From Octopus sinensis (taxonomy: Eukaryota): a DNA stretch of 64,000 nucleotides. The notes beneath the pieces are model-generated. The model searched no databases. It saw only the letters and a list, made by a program, of their open reading frames with translations, and was not told the origin of the DNA. The stretch lies in contig NC_043002.1 of NCBI RefSeq assembly GCF_006345805.1, forward strand, positions 18,662,001 to 18,726,000. The letters are read 5' to 3'. The translations under genes were made by a program, and so were the position numbers. Positions 12,996 to 27,058 of the stretch are shown piece after piece. How positions within the stretch are numbered: position 1 is the first letter of the stretch; each line of letters opens with the position of its first letter.

Positions 12996-13457
12996 ACAGG
13001 CCTGTTTGTGTGGTTATGAAGTTTGCTTCCCAACCATGTGGTTTTAGGTTCAATCCCACTGCATGGTACCTTGGATGAGTGTCTCCTGTTACTTCCCCAG
13101 ATCGAGTAAAGCTTTATGACCACATTTGGTAGATGGAATCTGAAAAAAAGCTTGTACATATTATGTGTGTGTGTGTGCATGCACACATGCATGCGTGTGT
13201 GTGCGTGCATGCGCGTGTGCATGTGTGTGTGCATGTGTTTTATGTACATGGGTCTTGACATTACTTGATGATTGCAACTGAGCATCACTGTCATACGAGT
13301 GGTGTTCATTTCCAGTCTTGTGTGGAAAACGTCTAGGCAAGGGAAAGTATTATCTTGCTTGGAAACAGGTGAGGGTTTGCCACAGGAAGAGCGTCCAGTC
13401 ACTGAAAATTTGCCTCAAAAAATTCCATCTGAATGATGATGATGATGATGATAATGA
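12996..13457 (+). mobile_element. tRNA-derived SINE family F (family-A head, internal TG microsatellite, RTE-like tail)
   Basis: Head matches family A. The 3' part GGAAACAGGTGAGGGTT..CAGGAAG(G/A)GC(A/G)TCCAG ends in (GAT)n. Related pieces at 7583-7800, 9222-9440(-), 10605-11030, 26342-26610, 28672-28910(-), 57895-58020. Confidence 0.7.
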
Positions 13458-14077
13458 CTAGAAATGAATGGCATCACTTGTGTGATTCTGATGCTCACCT
13501 ACAACCATCATGTGATGTCAAGACAAGGATACACACACACATACATACTCATATACATACATTTATACAAGCATATATACTTATATGTTATCATCAAATC
13601 CCCACTCTACATACACTTTAATATCTTGTTCCTTCCTCTAAATGGGTGCAGAAATAGTTCATCTGGTTAAAATATTTGCCATGCAGTCATCAGGTCTAAC
13701 ATTCAATTGCATTCTGCTGCACCTTGGGCAAGTTCCATTTACTATATCTTCAGGTCTTCCCAAGCCTTGTTAGTTGAACTTGAATAAACAAACTATGTGG
13801 AGGCCTCTTTAGCTGTCTTAAGAAGAACCCCCTCTGTTGCAAGTTTTGAGACCAGCATTTCAGTCTAAGGATAAATCCACCTTTCCACTCCTTTTGCATG
13901 TGTTAGATGTTCTGAAGAAGGTCACAAGGGCTGACCTCTCTCTCTCTTTTGATTTAGCCTTTTTATTTTATTTTTTTATTTCAGTTATCATTGTCTCCAA
14001 GCTTTTCCAGGCTTCTTTCTTGTTCTCTTTCAGATCATCTGATCTTCAGTTCTCCTATAGGCTTGACATTCTCAATC

Positions 14078-14231
<154 letters not shown>

Positions 14232-14909
14232 GTGTGTATATGTTGGGGGTGTGGTACATAAGTGAGTGAAGTCATGTTTTTCCTCGCTTAGCCAACCCCA
14301 AAAAACCCCGCCACAAAAAACACACACATGCCAACAAGCAAACAAATCTCTATGCAGTTGTTCAACCTGCTAGAAATAGCAGCCAGCACTCTCTCAAATC
14401 ACACATTACCATATGAATAAAAATAGATACGATAGAAAATATAGTTCTTGATACACATAAGCAACGAATAAAAATGGGATGGGCTCAGTTAAAATCCCTT
14501 TGGTCATAGGTCTACTCAATCTAGACTGTCCTGGGGCTAAACAAAAAGAAGTATTCCTAACTCCTTGATCTTCATACCAGATAAACTGGTGATGAATTGG
14601 CAGAATATAAAATCATGAGATAAAATACCTTACAATATTTATTCCAGCTCTTTGCATTCTGAGTCCAAATCCTGCTGATGTCATCTTTGCCTTTTATCTT
14701 TCTGGGATTGATAAAATAATGTATCAGGCTAGGATAATAAATTGGTGGTATGTTAGGGCATCAGACACAATGTCTCGTGATATTTATTCTGGCTTACAGT
14801 AATTCAGTCAAGTTCATTTATGCTTCAAGTTCAAATCCCACTGAAGGCAACTTTGTCATTTCTCTTTCTGGGATCAACAAAATAACTATAAAAACTTGTG
14901 ACAGTGTAT

Positions 14910-15053
14910 CAAGATATCATGTATTAGACTACTGTAAGACCATTGCATACTGCACCACAATAAGATAGGTATTGGATCACTATATCATGTATTACACTAA
15001 CTTAAGATATCATGTATTGGCTCACTTTAAGATATTATGTATTTGATCACTGT
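14910..15053 (+). repeat. Degenerate ~25-30 bp minisatellite (AAGATATCATGTATTGGATCACT)
   Basis: About five imperfect units, lying inside a family C SINE fragment. Confidence 0.6.
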
Positions 15054-15407
15054 GCCAGTTGAACACTGGAGTAATGTAATCAACTTACCATCCTTCCCTA
15101 ACAATTATTGGCCTTGTGCCAAAATTAGAAATTATTATTAAGGTGGTAAGTTGGCAGAATTGTTAGCACACTAGACAAAATGCTTAGCAGCATTTCATTT
15201 GGCTTTACGTTCTGAGTTCAAATTCCGCTTGGGTTGATTTTGCCTTTCATCCTTTCAGGGTCTATAAAATAAGTACCAGTTGAGCACCAGTTTGAGTATC
15301 AGGAGTCAACTTTAGCATGCAGTCATTCAGAGATCAACAAGATTAGAAGTCATATGCTGGTGCCCATAAAATTTATGACATTTTGCCAATGCTAGAGACC
15401 ACCATCG

Positions 15408-15440
<33 letters not shown>

Positions 15441-15698
15441 ATGCTATTATTATTATTAGCTGAACTGGCAGAGCTAGTAGTGTTTTGGACTACTGTGTTT
15501 GGAGTATTTAGTTTTATCTTTATAGTACAAGTTCAAATCCCATAAGGAATGAGATTGTCTTTCAGTCTTCCCAGGATCGATAAAATAAAGTGCCAATTAA
15601 GCATTAGGTCAATGTAATCAATTATATTGATTCCTCTCATCAGAATTTGTGATCTCATGCCACTGTTGGGAATCATTTGGTATACGTTTGTGTATGTG

Positions 15699-15764
<66 letters not shown>

Positions 15765-17605
15765 ATATACATACATGTATATCTTTGTATATATAATGTA
15801 CGTAGATGTAGATATTAGATATATTTGTATTTTGTGTTTCTATACATATATATGTATATATATTTGTGTGTATGTGTGTGTGTATATATATATATGAAAA
15901 TGTGAATAGAAATGGCTTTTCTGATCATTTTTCCACTTCAATAATTAGATATTGCTTGGCTATGGATCTCCTGTTACGTTTGACAAATGAGGATTTCAAT
16001 CATTTGATTAATGATATTATCTACACAGTGTGTTTATAAGTGACTGCTAAGTATTCCTCAGACACATGCACTCTTAATGTAATCTTCAGAGAGGATCTGC
16101 ATAGCAAGCGTATGCCATCAGATTACAAATATACTTCATGTAACAAGCTTCAGCAGGGTTTCTCTCACATGTCCTGGCTCTCATCAACTTGTTAGATGAC
16201 TAACATTCCTATGGACTATTTTTCTTCTTAATACAGATTATAATAAAGACTATACACTGTGTCTGCTCTTTGCAAGATTTTAGGGAGTGAATGAGGGTGA
16301 TTTGCCTGCTAATTCTAGTTGGTCGAACAAGCATGCCTCGCCTGGCACCAGTGCAGGTGGCACGTAAAAAGCACCCACTACACTCACAGAGTGGTTGGCG
16401 TTAGGAAGGGCATCCAGCTGTAGAAACATTGCCAGATAAGACCGGAGCCTGGTGCAGCCTTCTGGCTTCCCAGATCCCCGGTCGAACCGTCCAACCCATG
16501 CTAGCATGGAGAACAGACGTTAAACGATGATATATATATATATATATATGTATGTATTAAAGCCATGCGGTTAAAATGTCCTCATGCCATTGTAATCTTT
16601 TTATAGGTTGTACAATTAATCCAATTGGTTATTTTATATCACATGTCAATTCCATTTCGAGCATTGGTTTCCATGTAACATCTGTTGTTCTCTTTACCTT
16701 TCTTTCTTCCCAGTATTTACATAAGGGCGTTCCCAGTGAAAGAAAGCTAGTTAACACAAAATGAACGTTGCTAGTTTTGTGGTTCAGAAGGCTGGCCTTT
16801 ATCCAACGCATTGATATGGTAATTTCAGTGTCTGACCGATATAAATCCTCATCTCTGTAGCTATATTAAACAGTCAATTTTGATGAAATCCTTTCATCAC
16901 ACAGCCATTTTATTTTAATAGCTTCAGTCTGGTACATAGATTTATACAAATTTGTATGTATTAAGTGGATGAAGTGGTTTAAAATTATTTCTCCCAGCAT
17001 TGTTCTTCTAAAAAGTAGGATGTTGTAGGACGTATTAAAGCTGAATTATTCAGGAAATTGAACTCTGAAGTCATAATAATCTATTCAGTGGAATTAACTA
17101 TATGATTCGTTGTCAGCAAGCAAAAAGCCTTCTTACTCAGGAGATGGCTTACCACATCATCATTGTTAAAAAAAAAAAAAGAAAGAAAGAAATTAAAAAA
17201 AACCAGACAATCCTGTGACTTTGTTAATTTTAGCTTATTTCTGAATTTTCTCTCACAGTTAATGGACTCTCACATTTCTTTCTCTCGTCCCCTTCTGTTC
17301 ATTTTGACTCTCTTATTGTACTTGATATAAATATATTTGCGTTTACATGCAGTAAATATAGATTTCTTGGCTGCTGATGCAATGTTATCACCTGCTTCAG
17401 TTTTCATAACTGATCTTTATTTACATTTATATAAACTGCAGCTGTTCAACTCAACCGAGTGGCTTTTGAAAATTACAACTGAGCTTCAGTGCTTGAACAC
17501 CATTTGGCAAAGCTAACGCTTCTAGGATGCCTTTTAGAAATGCTAAATCAACCCCAATATTCGACTGGTCCTGTATTAATCACAGAAAAATAAAAATAAA
17601 AAACA

Positions 17606-17768
17606 AGACGCAGGAGTGGCTGTGTGGTAAGTAGCTTGCTAACCAACAACATGGTTCTGGGTTCAGTCCCACTGCGTGGCATCTTGGGCAAGTGTCTTCT
17701 GCTATAGCCCCGGGCCGACCAATGCCTTGTGAGTGGATTTGGTAGACAGAAACTGAAAGAAGCCTGTC

Positions 17769-17806
<38 letters not shown>

Positions 17807-18002
17807 TTGTTCCCCTAGCATTGCTTGACAACCGATGCTGGTGTGTTTACGTCCTCGTCACTTAGCAGTTCGGCAAAAAGAGACCAATAGAATAAGTACT
17901 GGGCTTACAAAAAGAATAAGTCCCGGGGTCGAGTTGCTCGACTAAAAGGCGGTGCTCCAGCATGGCCGCAGTCAAATGACTGAAACAAGTAAAGGAGTAA
18001 AG
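17606..18002 (+). mobile_element. tRNA-derived SINE family A, full length (internal TA/TG microsatellite, GTAAAAGA tail)
   Basis: Head AGGAGTGGCTGTGTGGTAAG..GGGTTCAGTCCC and CORE-like CTTGGGCAAGT. More than a dozen near-identical copies in the window. Confidence 0.9.
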
Positions 18003-18460
18003 TCGACTATAGTGGAATTTCAATATAAAAGGCTATAATTAAATACAGGCAGTTAATTTCATTTCTAATTACTGCCTATTAAACTAAAACTCATAAAGTG
18101 AAAGGGATTTTTACATTGAATTATTATAATTGTGATTTTGACTCCAATCAAAAAATTTCACGCGTAGTCAATTTCTGTGAGTCAAATTTCCTGTAAATAG
18201 CATTGTATTTTTCAGAAATTTTTTGGGACATTTGTTTGTTTGCAATATACAGTTTTATTAATTTCTTCATAAATTTGCTAACAACCAAAGGAATTTTAAA
18301 AATCTGTGGTAAACTTTTTTTCATTTATACGTTATGTGAATCTTTTGACACAAAAATTTTTATGGCCTTTTCAGAATGTTCAAAAGGCTCTTCAAGTCAT
18401 TGAGTGTAAAGTTGCGCATTGGAATTTCCTCTTCTTCTTCCTCTTAGTCACTTGTACATA

Positions 18461-19880
18461 TATATTGGATAGGCTAAAAGGTCTGTTTGTTTGGTTTTTT
18501 AAGCAAAAATAAAACAAATTTTAAGCACGAGTGATTTATTCAGTTAATGCTGTTATTATCATTTCATTCCGGTTTCTTCAGCCATCTTGTAGGCAAATCC
18601 GTTATTCCCAGCTCAAAGAATTCCCTGTCTTTACTAGCAAAAGACTCTTTCAGATGAATTTTTACATCCTCTTCAGTGTTGAAGGTCTGTGCATTCAGTG
18701 AATTCTGAAGAGATCAAAACAGGTGGAAACCTGAAGGTATAAAGTTGGGCAAATACAAAAGTGCAGTAAAACCTCCCAGTCATGCTCCAGTAATGTCTGC
18801 TGCATCTGCAAAGAAGTGTGTGGTCAAGCATTGTTGTGATGAATGACAGTATCCTTGCTATTAGCAAATGATGGATGTTTATGGCAGATCACTGCATTTG
18901 ATTTGTCCAGCTAGTCACAGTACACATCTGAAATGATGATCCTGTCCATGGGAAGAAGCCCATAAAAGAAAACGGCCTTCCAATTCCATCAAATTGAGTT
19001 TAACTTCATAACCAGCTGATCTACCAAGCGGGGCCTCATATCAGTGAGGGGGGCCAGTGCGCATTGATGCTGTCGAGAGGTAGGCCCTGAAACGGCGCAC
19101 ATTCTCTCCTGATGACCCCATACACTTGCTGGCTTCCGGTATACTGTGCTTTTTGACTGGTAGCACTTGCATGTGCAAGTTGTTTGCAAGACATGATTGT
19201 GATGGTTTGCTGTGCTTTCTCAATGATTGTTTGTGCTTCTCATTGTTATAGATGATCCATTTCTCATCCCCTATCACCATTCTTTTCAAAAATGAATCAT
19301 TTTCTTCACATTTCTGCCACAAATCGCAGATGAAAAACCATTGGGTTAGGTTAGTATCATTCAATTGATGTGGGACACAAATGAGCCTACTAATTCAACC
19401 AAGTTGATGCAGATGATCTTTTCAACACTTGATATGAATACCTGGAGAACATCTACATTAACCTGGTTGTATAACAAGATTTGTTGCTGACAACTCCTTC
19501 ATTTTGTCAGTGTTAATCTCAATTGGTCAGTCAGAGCAAAGACCGAAAAATTTCCCAATTGAAATCTCGAAAGCCACTTTTGACATGCCACGTTCCATAA
19601 CAACATTCTCTCCATAGTCAGTGCATATCTTCCTGCTGGTTTCTCCTGCTTTCATGTCCTTTTTAAAATAGAAAGATATGAAGTGTCGGTAATGTTTCTT
19701 TTGGCTCTCCATAATCCCAAGCACACAATATACAGCCTGTCTTGTTGCAAGTTCACATTGAACAATGCTGAAGTGTCAAGTATCCAATGTGTGCACTTGT
19801 GCAAAGGACTGACTGAAGTTAGCTACTTACTCTAGTGTTTGGAGTTTAGTGTCAACAAAAGCCGAATAGATATTCTGGCT
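18461..19880 (-). mobile_element. Decayed mariner (Mos1-like) transposon
   Basis: Minus-strand fragments in order: MESQKKHYRHFISFYFKK..KICTDYG (N-term HTH), FLKRMVIGDEKWIIYNN, WNWKAVFFYGLLP..HHNNA*PH, FASKDREFFELGITDLPTRW. TIR-like TATTGGATAGGCTAAAAGG near 18463. Confidence 0.85.
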
Positions 19881-20637
19881 GTGTGTGTGTGTGTGTGTGT
19901 GTATACAGACGTAGGTGTGACTGTGTGGTGAGAAGTTTACTTCCCAACCACATGGTTCCAGGTTCAGTCCCATTGCATGCCACCTTGGGCAAGTGTCTTC
20001 AACTATAGTCTCGGGCCAATCAAAGCCTTGCGAGTGGATTCGGTTGACAGAAACTGAAAGAAGCTTTTCTCTCTCTCTCTCTCTCTTTCTCTCTGTCTCG
20101 TTCTCTCTCTCGCTAGATAATCATGTACTTCCTCTATAGCAAGGCACTTATTTCTGCCTGTCTATTTTTCTGTCACACTCTAACCTTTCATCATCTGATA
20201 CTGGATCACCTCCTCCAATGTGCTCTCTGTTATAGCAAGATACCTGTTTCTGCCTCTCTGTCACACTCTAACCATTCATCCTCTGATACAAATTCCCTTC
20301 CTCAAATTCCACTGCTCCTCTCAAAATTCCCTGTTTTGCAAGTTACTTGGTTACCCTGCCAGTGCTGGTGCCACATAAAAAGCATCCAGTCCACACTGTA
20401 AAGTGGTTGGCATTTGGAAGGGCATCCAGCTGTAAAAATCTTGCCAAAACTAACTTCGCCTGTGCTAGTCCTACATAGAAAGTACTGGGTTCCCTTTGCA
20501 GAGTGGTTAGTGTTAGGAAGGGCATCCAACCATAAAAACCCTGCCAAAACAGACACAGTAGCCTGGGATAGTTTTCTACCTGGGTGGTTCCTGTCAATCA
20601 TCCTACATTGGAGACAGATGGTAAATGATGATGATGA

Positions 20638-20695
<58 letters not shown>

Positions 20696-21997
20696 GCACA
20701 TACATACATACATATATATATGTGTGGGCATATTTGTACATTTTTATGTTTGTGCATGTATACATGTATGAGTGTGTATGTGTACATATGTGTATGTGTA
20801 TTCTTGTACAGATATTATCTGTGTATGTGTACATATGTGTATGTGTATTCTTGTACAGATATTATCTGTGTATGTGTGTATTTATGTGTATTATTAGATA
20901 AAATCAGCATTTACAGAATGATTATCCCGTTGTGTTATCTCATTGGAATGCTGGTCTAGTTTAAAGCAAAGATGATTTATTTAGAATTTAAAGATATTTG
21001 TATTTGCATTTCATCTTTGCTTCTTACTAACCACTTCAATGTGATAAACAAACATAATGAGCATTCTGTAAATGTAGATTATTATCGCATTCATCATCAT
21101 CATCATGATTGTTTAACGTCCGCTTTCCATGCTGGCATGAGATGGATGGTTCGACTGAGGGCTGGCAAACCAGATGGCTGCACCAGGCTCCAATCTTGAT
21201 CTGGCAAGGTTTCTACAGCTGGATGCCCTTCCTAACACCAGCCAATCCGAGAGTGTAGTGGGTGCTTTTCACGTGCCAGTCAGGTGGTACTGGCATCGAC
21301 TTCACCTGACTGGCCCTCATGCCAGTGGCACGTAAAAAGCACCCACACTCTTGGAGTGGTTGGCATTATATATATGATCATTGTGAGTTAAATGTTTCAC
21401 CCGAAGACATAATACAGAGTTGGTGATAAGACATAAACCATCAATCTTTTAGTTAATTGTGTGGAATCTTAGTAACTCAGTCATTCCTGCTTTTGCAGTT
21501 TTACACTCAGAAGGAAAATATGTAGAAAGGGGCAGATGTTTGGCCCCATTTCAGCCCTTGTCAAGTGGATCTATGATCAAAGATGTTCCAGCTACAATGA
21601 AATAATTCTTGCTTTTCTTCAGACAATGCGTCTAAAACTGCATTATATGCTTTTGTTTCTATAGAGGACTGTTGGTTGTCGTATGAGGGGCTGTAGCATG
21701 TGATATGTCCTGCCATTTTTAGAACATTAGGGTCCTCTTCCTCATCATTTGATGTCTGTCTTCTTGTGCTGGCATGGGTTGGATGGTTCAAAAGGATCCG
21801 ATGGGTTTAGGAACTGTGTTGAGCTCCATTGTCACTACAGCATGTTGTAGTGTGCAGCATGTTGCAGTGTGCAGCATGCTCCTCAGTGAAGAAGGAAAAT
21901 GGTGTGTCTGAAAGAATAGATGTATGGGCTGTGCCTAGTCATCCAACCAACAATCTGCTTTAGGAATGCTTGATTAGAGCTGATCTGGGTCAATATA

Positions 21998-22032
<35 letters not shown>

Positions 22033-22412
22033 CAGAATGTAAACTATCCACTCTGCTGCGTCTACCACAAAGTAAAGATATTTACTTTGCTTCTATCACA
22101 ATAGAGACTCTGAAAATCCTTCAGTAATTATTTCCTTCATTGCAGACAAGGAACAATTACCATGGCAACACTGTTACCATAACATTCTCTCTGCATTATT
22201 GGTTACTGATTCAATAAACATGGTTGGAACCCCTCTCCCCCCGCCTCGCCCCCACCATCTCCCCCTCCTTTAAACAGCTGACTGACCGATCCATTGATGC
22301 CATTCAATTCATACAACAGGCACCACCAAAACATCTCTTGGCAGTTATTGACTGTTTGGTTGCTCCATAAGCAAATAAACAATCCTGGTAGTTCTAGTGG
22401 AATTGCTAATTG

Positions 22413-22414
22413 GG

Positions 22415-22455
<41 letters not shown>

Positions 22456-22542
22456 TAGTAGTGGTGGTGGTGGTGGTGGTGGTGGTGGTGGTATTGGTGG
22501 TGGTAGTGGTATTGGTGGTGGTGGTGGTGGTGGTGGTGGTGG
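22413..22542. repeat. (GTA)n/(GTG)n trinucleotide microsatellite
   Basis: Directly visible; source of the poly-V and poly-T ORFs. Confidence 0.95.
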
Positions 22543-22801
22543 ACAGAATGGGTGGGGTATTAAAACAGTCTAACAAACAATCCATCAAGTAAGAAATTAC
22601 TTTTAATAACAAAAAAAGCCCAAATATTTAGTTTAACCATTCTGGTAGTTTCTATGTGCTCAAAGGAATTTGTTCTTCTGTAGCAACCGAAATAACCATT
22701 GTTAAAACTCAGCTTTTGATTGAGATTTAATTTTTATCAAAGTGTGGATGATATATTTGATGTATGAGTTTCTCTGTATTTGATATGTGTGTTTGTATGT
22801 A

Positions 22802-23020
22802 CAGGATGTGGCAGAAAAACGTCCCATAATTTATTCAACCATTGGTTTGGTGCTAATGAAATTAAGCAGATGATAATGAGGTTTTCACATTGCTAAGGAT
22901 TTACCGTTTATATTGTGTATTTAGTTACTGTCATGGTTTTGGCTGATACATATTGTATGTTTGCTGTCCAAATGTTTGTCATCCTGTAAAATGTAAGAGA
23001 TTTTTTTTTGTCACATACTG
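22802..23020. mobile_element. Tc1/mariner-type MITE
   Basis: Imperfect TIRs CAGGATGTGGCAGAAAAA / TTTTTTGTCACATACTG, flanked by TA on both sides. Confidence 0.65.
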
Positions 23021-23092
23021 TATATTCAAAATTCTGTGCTGCACGGAAATTTTGTCAGTGAACAGGTCATGGTCTCAAAGCAAAGAAAATAT

Positions 23093-23513
23093 ACTCTTTT
23101 ACTCTCTTTTACTTGTTTGAGTCATTTGACTGTGGCCATGCTGGAGCACCGCCCTTAGTTGAGCAAATCGCCCCCAGGACTTATTCTTTGTAAGCCTAGT
23201 ACTTATTCTATCGGTCTCTTTTGCTGAACCACTAAGTTACAGGGACGTAAACACACCAGCATCGGTTGTCAAGCGATGTTGGGGTGGGGGACAAACACAG
23301 ACACACAAACACACACACACACACACACATATATATACATATACATATATACAACGGGCTTCTTTCAGTTTCTGTCTACCAAATTCACTCACAAGGCTTT
23401 GGTCGGCCCAAGGCTATAATAGAAGACACTTGCCTAAAGTGCCACGCAGTGAGACTGAACCCAGAACCATGTGGCTGGTAAGCAAGCTACTTACCACAGC
23501 CACTCCTGCACCT
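23093..23513 (-). mobile_element. SINE family A, full length
   Basis: Reverse complement of 17606-18002. A more diverged copy follows at about 23668-24064. Confidence 0.9.
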
Positions 23514-24374
23514 ATATATTGAATTTAAATGTTGAAGTGAATCTAACGGTTTTTGTGTGTATTTAAACAGCTTATAAACACCTTCCATGCTGCAATTGTT
23601 TTTGTTTCAGCACACGATCTCAGATCAGGTCACTTGCTATGCAAGTACATCTCTGTAACTTTATATTCTTTTGTTCTTTATTTGTTTCAGTCATTAGACT
23701 GCAACCATGCTATAACACCAACTTCAAGAATTTTAGTCAGACAGACAGACTCCAGTTCTTATTTTTTTAATCCTGATATTTATTCCATCAGTCTCTTACG
23801 CCAAACTGTTTAGTTACAGAGACATAAATACACCAACACCTGTTGTCAAGCAATGGTGGTGAACAAACAATGACAGATATATGTATTCATATATATACAT
23901 ATATGATGGGCTTCTTTCAGTCTCCATCTACCAAATCCACTCACAAAGATTTGGTTAGGCCAAAGCTATAGTAGACGACACTTGCCTGGTGTCATGCAGT
24001 AAGACTGAACTTGGAACCAGGTGGTTGGGGAATAAACTTCTTACCACACAGCCATGCTTGTACCTATATCCACACAGCCACACCTGCATCTATGTAGTGT
24101 GTTTGTTGAAAGTTGGATGAAAGTGGTGAAAATAGCAAGAATGGGTGGCATTACTTTAAATGTAGACCTTTGAATCGGCACATAAAAATTGGAGAAGACC
24201 TCTGCCTCTGGTATACAAGGAGATCTTGGATGGTACTTCATTTTATTGACCCCATAAGAATACAAAATAAAGTCAACCTCAGCAGAATTTGAACTCAGAA
24301 CATAATGAATCAGAAGAAATACTGCAAAGCAATTTTTGTGATGCTCTAACTATTCTGCCAGCTTGCCACCTTTG

Positions 24375-24935
24375 TAATAATAATAATGATGATGATAACA
24401 ATAATAATGAAATTATTGTATACAGTGCTCAGGTGCACCACAACTTGTCAAAAGTGTGTATAAAGTATATGCAGTAATGTACAAATGTCTGGGAAGTGAA
24501 CAGTGTATGAGTCAGATACATGCTTGCATGTGTATGGAGGGGAGAAAATCAGGTGTAGTGTTGGCAAATCTCAGGAAGCATGGAAGTTTTGAAGGATGCA
24601 GTGCTCCAACAACTAACAACTGATGCCGGCAGTTTGTTCTATACTTCAGCAACTCTTAGCATGAAAAAATGTTTCCGAAAGTCATGGGAGCTGTGCTGTT
24701 TTCTGACTTTGTAAACATGTCCATGGGTGTTAGACAGGTGGAGTTTGAAAAGGTGCTCAGAGTTATTGTTTGAAAGATGGTTAATAATTTTATGGGTGTC
24801 TGCCAAGTCAGTTGCCAGACATCGGAGTTTCAATGTATCCATGCCCTGGGAAATAAGGCGTTCAGAATATGGCAAATGCCTGATGGAGGGTATTCTCTTG
24901 GTTGCATGTCACTGAACGGTTTCCAGACGATTAAT
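24375..24935 (-). mobile_element. CR1/L2-type LINE 3' end (family 1) with (TAA)n tail
   Basis: ORF 24639-24875 reads PYSERL..DL..THKII..HGHVYKVRK..FRKHFF..RV, the conserved CR1/L2 RT C-terminus. Confidence 0.85.
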
Positions 24936-25967
24936 AATGCCAACAATAAATACTGTATGGTAAAACTACTTTAATATTTGAGATGAGAAATATCACCTCA
25001 TTCAGTTTAAGCCAGACTGAGATAAATATTCATTGTTACCAAATTCACCTATTAAAACTGTTCAAGCCACAGATATCATTAACTTACTAACAAATGTTAA
25101 AGTTTACATTAGCATTCAGTTGTCATAGCAATCTCTCATGATTTTTCTGACTTTAAGGTTACTTTATGTAATTGTTTGCATTTATCGTGTCAAAAACAAT
25201 AAAAAGACATTGAATTCAAAGTTTTTTAATACCATTAATGGGTGTGGATATTTGAATTGTCATGTGAAAGTCAGTTACAGCTGGCCCGAGTGTTAAAGTG
25301 TTGGAGTTCACAACAGAATGTTGTGGGTTTATATCTTATCACTGGTGTTTGTATGTTCAAATATAGAGGATTGATGCTACCAGGGATTGTCTAGGGTTTT
25401 TTGGCTCACATTCTAATGCACTGATTCTTCCCTCTGTTAGACATACGGCCACCACCACCACACCAAATTAAGGGCAACTGGAGCTACTCTAATCTTGTAA
25501 CAATTAGTTTGTTGCATTTCTTACTAAGAATTTATTCCTTTACTCTCAACTTTGGTCTTTCTGTTACATACCTCAACCATATCCATGTTGAAGTGTTCTC
25601 TGCTTCTCCTTATTCTCTGCAGTTCACAAATCACAGCTCTGTTGTCCTTTGTAACTCCAGTACTCACCAGGTAAGACTGGAAGCACTGTACCCTGTTATC
25701 TTTGTGCTTCACGTGATTTCCAAAGCCTCATATTTTACACTCTTCCTATCATGTGACATTGTCATCTCAATGGAAATGAAGGTTTTTTTCATCTTTTAAC
25801 ATGAGACCTGGACATAAATCAGCAGGGAATTTTGATAGAAGGATTTAATTTAATTTAAAACACAATTTCCAACATATTACTAGGGTTGATCTCAGGTGAG
25901 TTGATGCCTTCAAGGTGACACTCATCACACCAGAACACATCCTGTGTTTGTTTAGGTTGTTTATATA

Positions 25968-26333
25968 AATTCATAGAAAATTCATTAACTAAAATTGATT
26001 TTCTTTTATAATAATTCTTATAATAAAGTTTTGTTTTTGTATTTGGTTTGCAAGATTCTTTATTTGAGTTCGTGTGTTGAAGCATATTCTGTTGTGTCTG
26101 AGGAGAGTCATTTTCTTTTTGTGCCTTATAATTTAACACACTCACCGGTAAAATTTCCACTTATTTCTTATTTTTATTGTCCTAAAATTTCCGTTGCTTC
26201 TTGCAACCTTTTCAATAGTGACTATTGAAAAGGTTGCAAGATGCAACAAAAATTTTAGGAAAATAAAAACAAGAAATAAGTGGAAATTTTACCGGTGAGT
26301 GTGTTACCTTATAAAAATGAATTTCTTTGAAAT
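25968..26333. mobile_element. Palindromic, probably Penelope-like element with variant hammerhead cores
   Basis: Near-perfect inverted repeat 26134-26306 centred on G26220. The termini at 25970-25987 and 26314-26331 are also inverted. Confidence 0.6.
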
Positions 26334-27058
26334 AGTTGTGGCACCAGTGTGGTTGTGTGGTTGAAAACCTTGCTTCCTAACCAAATGGTTTCAAGTTCAG
26401 TCCCATTGTGTACTCATGTCTTGACATCACATGGTGGTTGTAATTGAATATCACTATCGGACAAGAGAGGTTGTTCATTTCCAGTCTTCTGTGAAAAACA
26501 TGCCTGACCATGGGAAAATATTACATTGCCTGGAAACAGATGAGGGTTAGCCACTGGAAAGGCATCCATCTGACCTGTGCGAGCATGTAAAAATAACTGT
26601 TAAAATGACAATGCATCACACACACACACACACACAATTACATATCAATATATTCACGTATATTTTAAACACAGAGATATACATGCATATATTTATTAAA
26701 AAAACATTTATCATTTATGATACATTTTATATGAATGATGTAGACATAGTCATACAGAAAACAGGATGGTCGAGCTGGAAGGCCTTTGATCATATCAAAC
26801 TGACCTGGGAATAAATGAGAAAAAGCCAGAGCTGTTAGCCAGAACATCCCAAAATCAATTTAACAGGTATTTAACTTAAATCCCAGCTGTGGTTGTAGCC
26901 AAGAAAAGCCAATATGTTAACAATAAATAATTTTATCAATAGAATATTGTGTCACAGATATATTTCTTTTATATCATGCATTTTTGAGTGGGTCATTTAA
27001 TGAATAGTTCATAACATTCTATGGTGACAAGAGTGATATGGTGGTGTCTGGGTTATTC

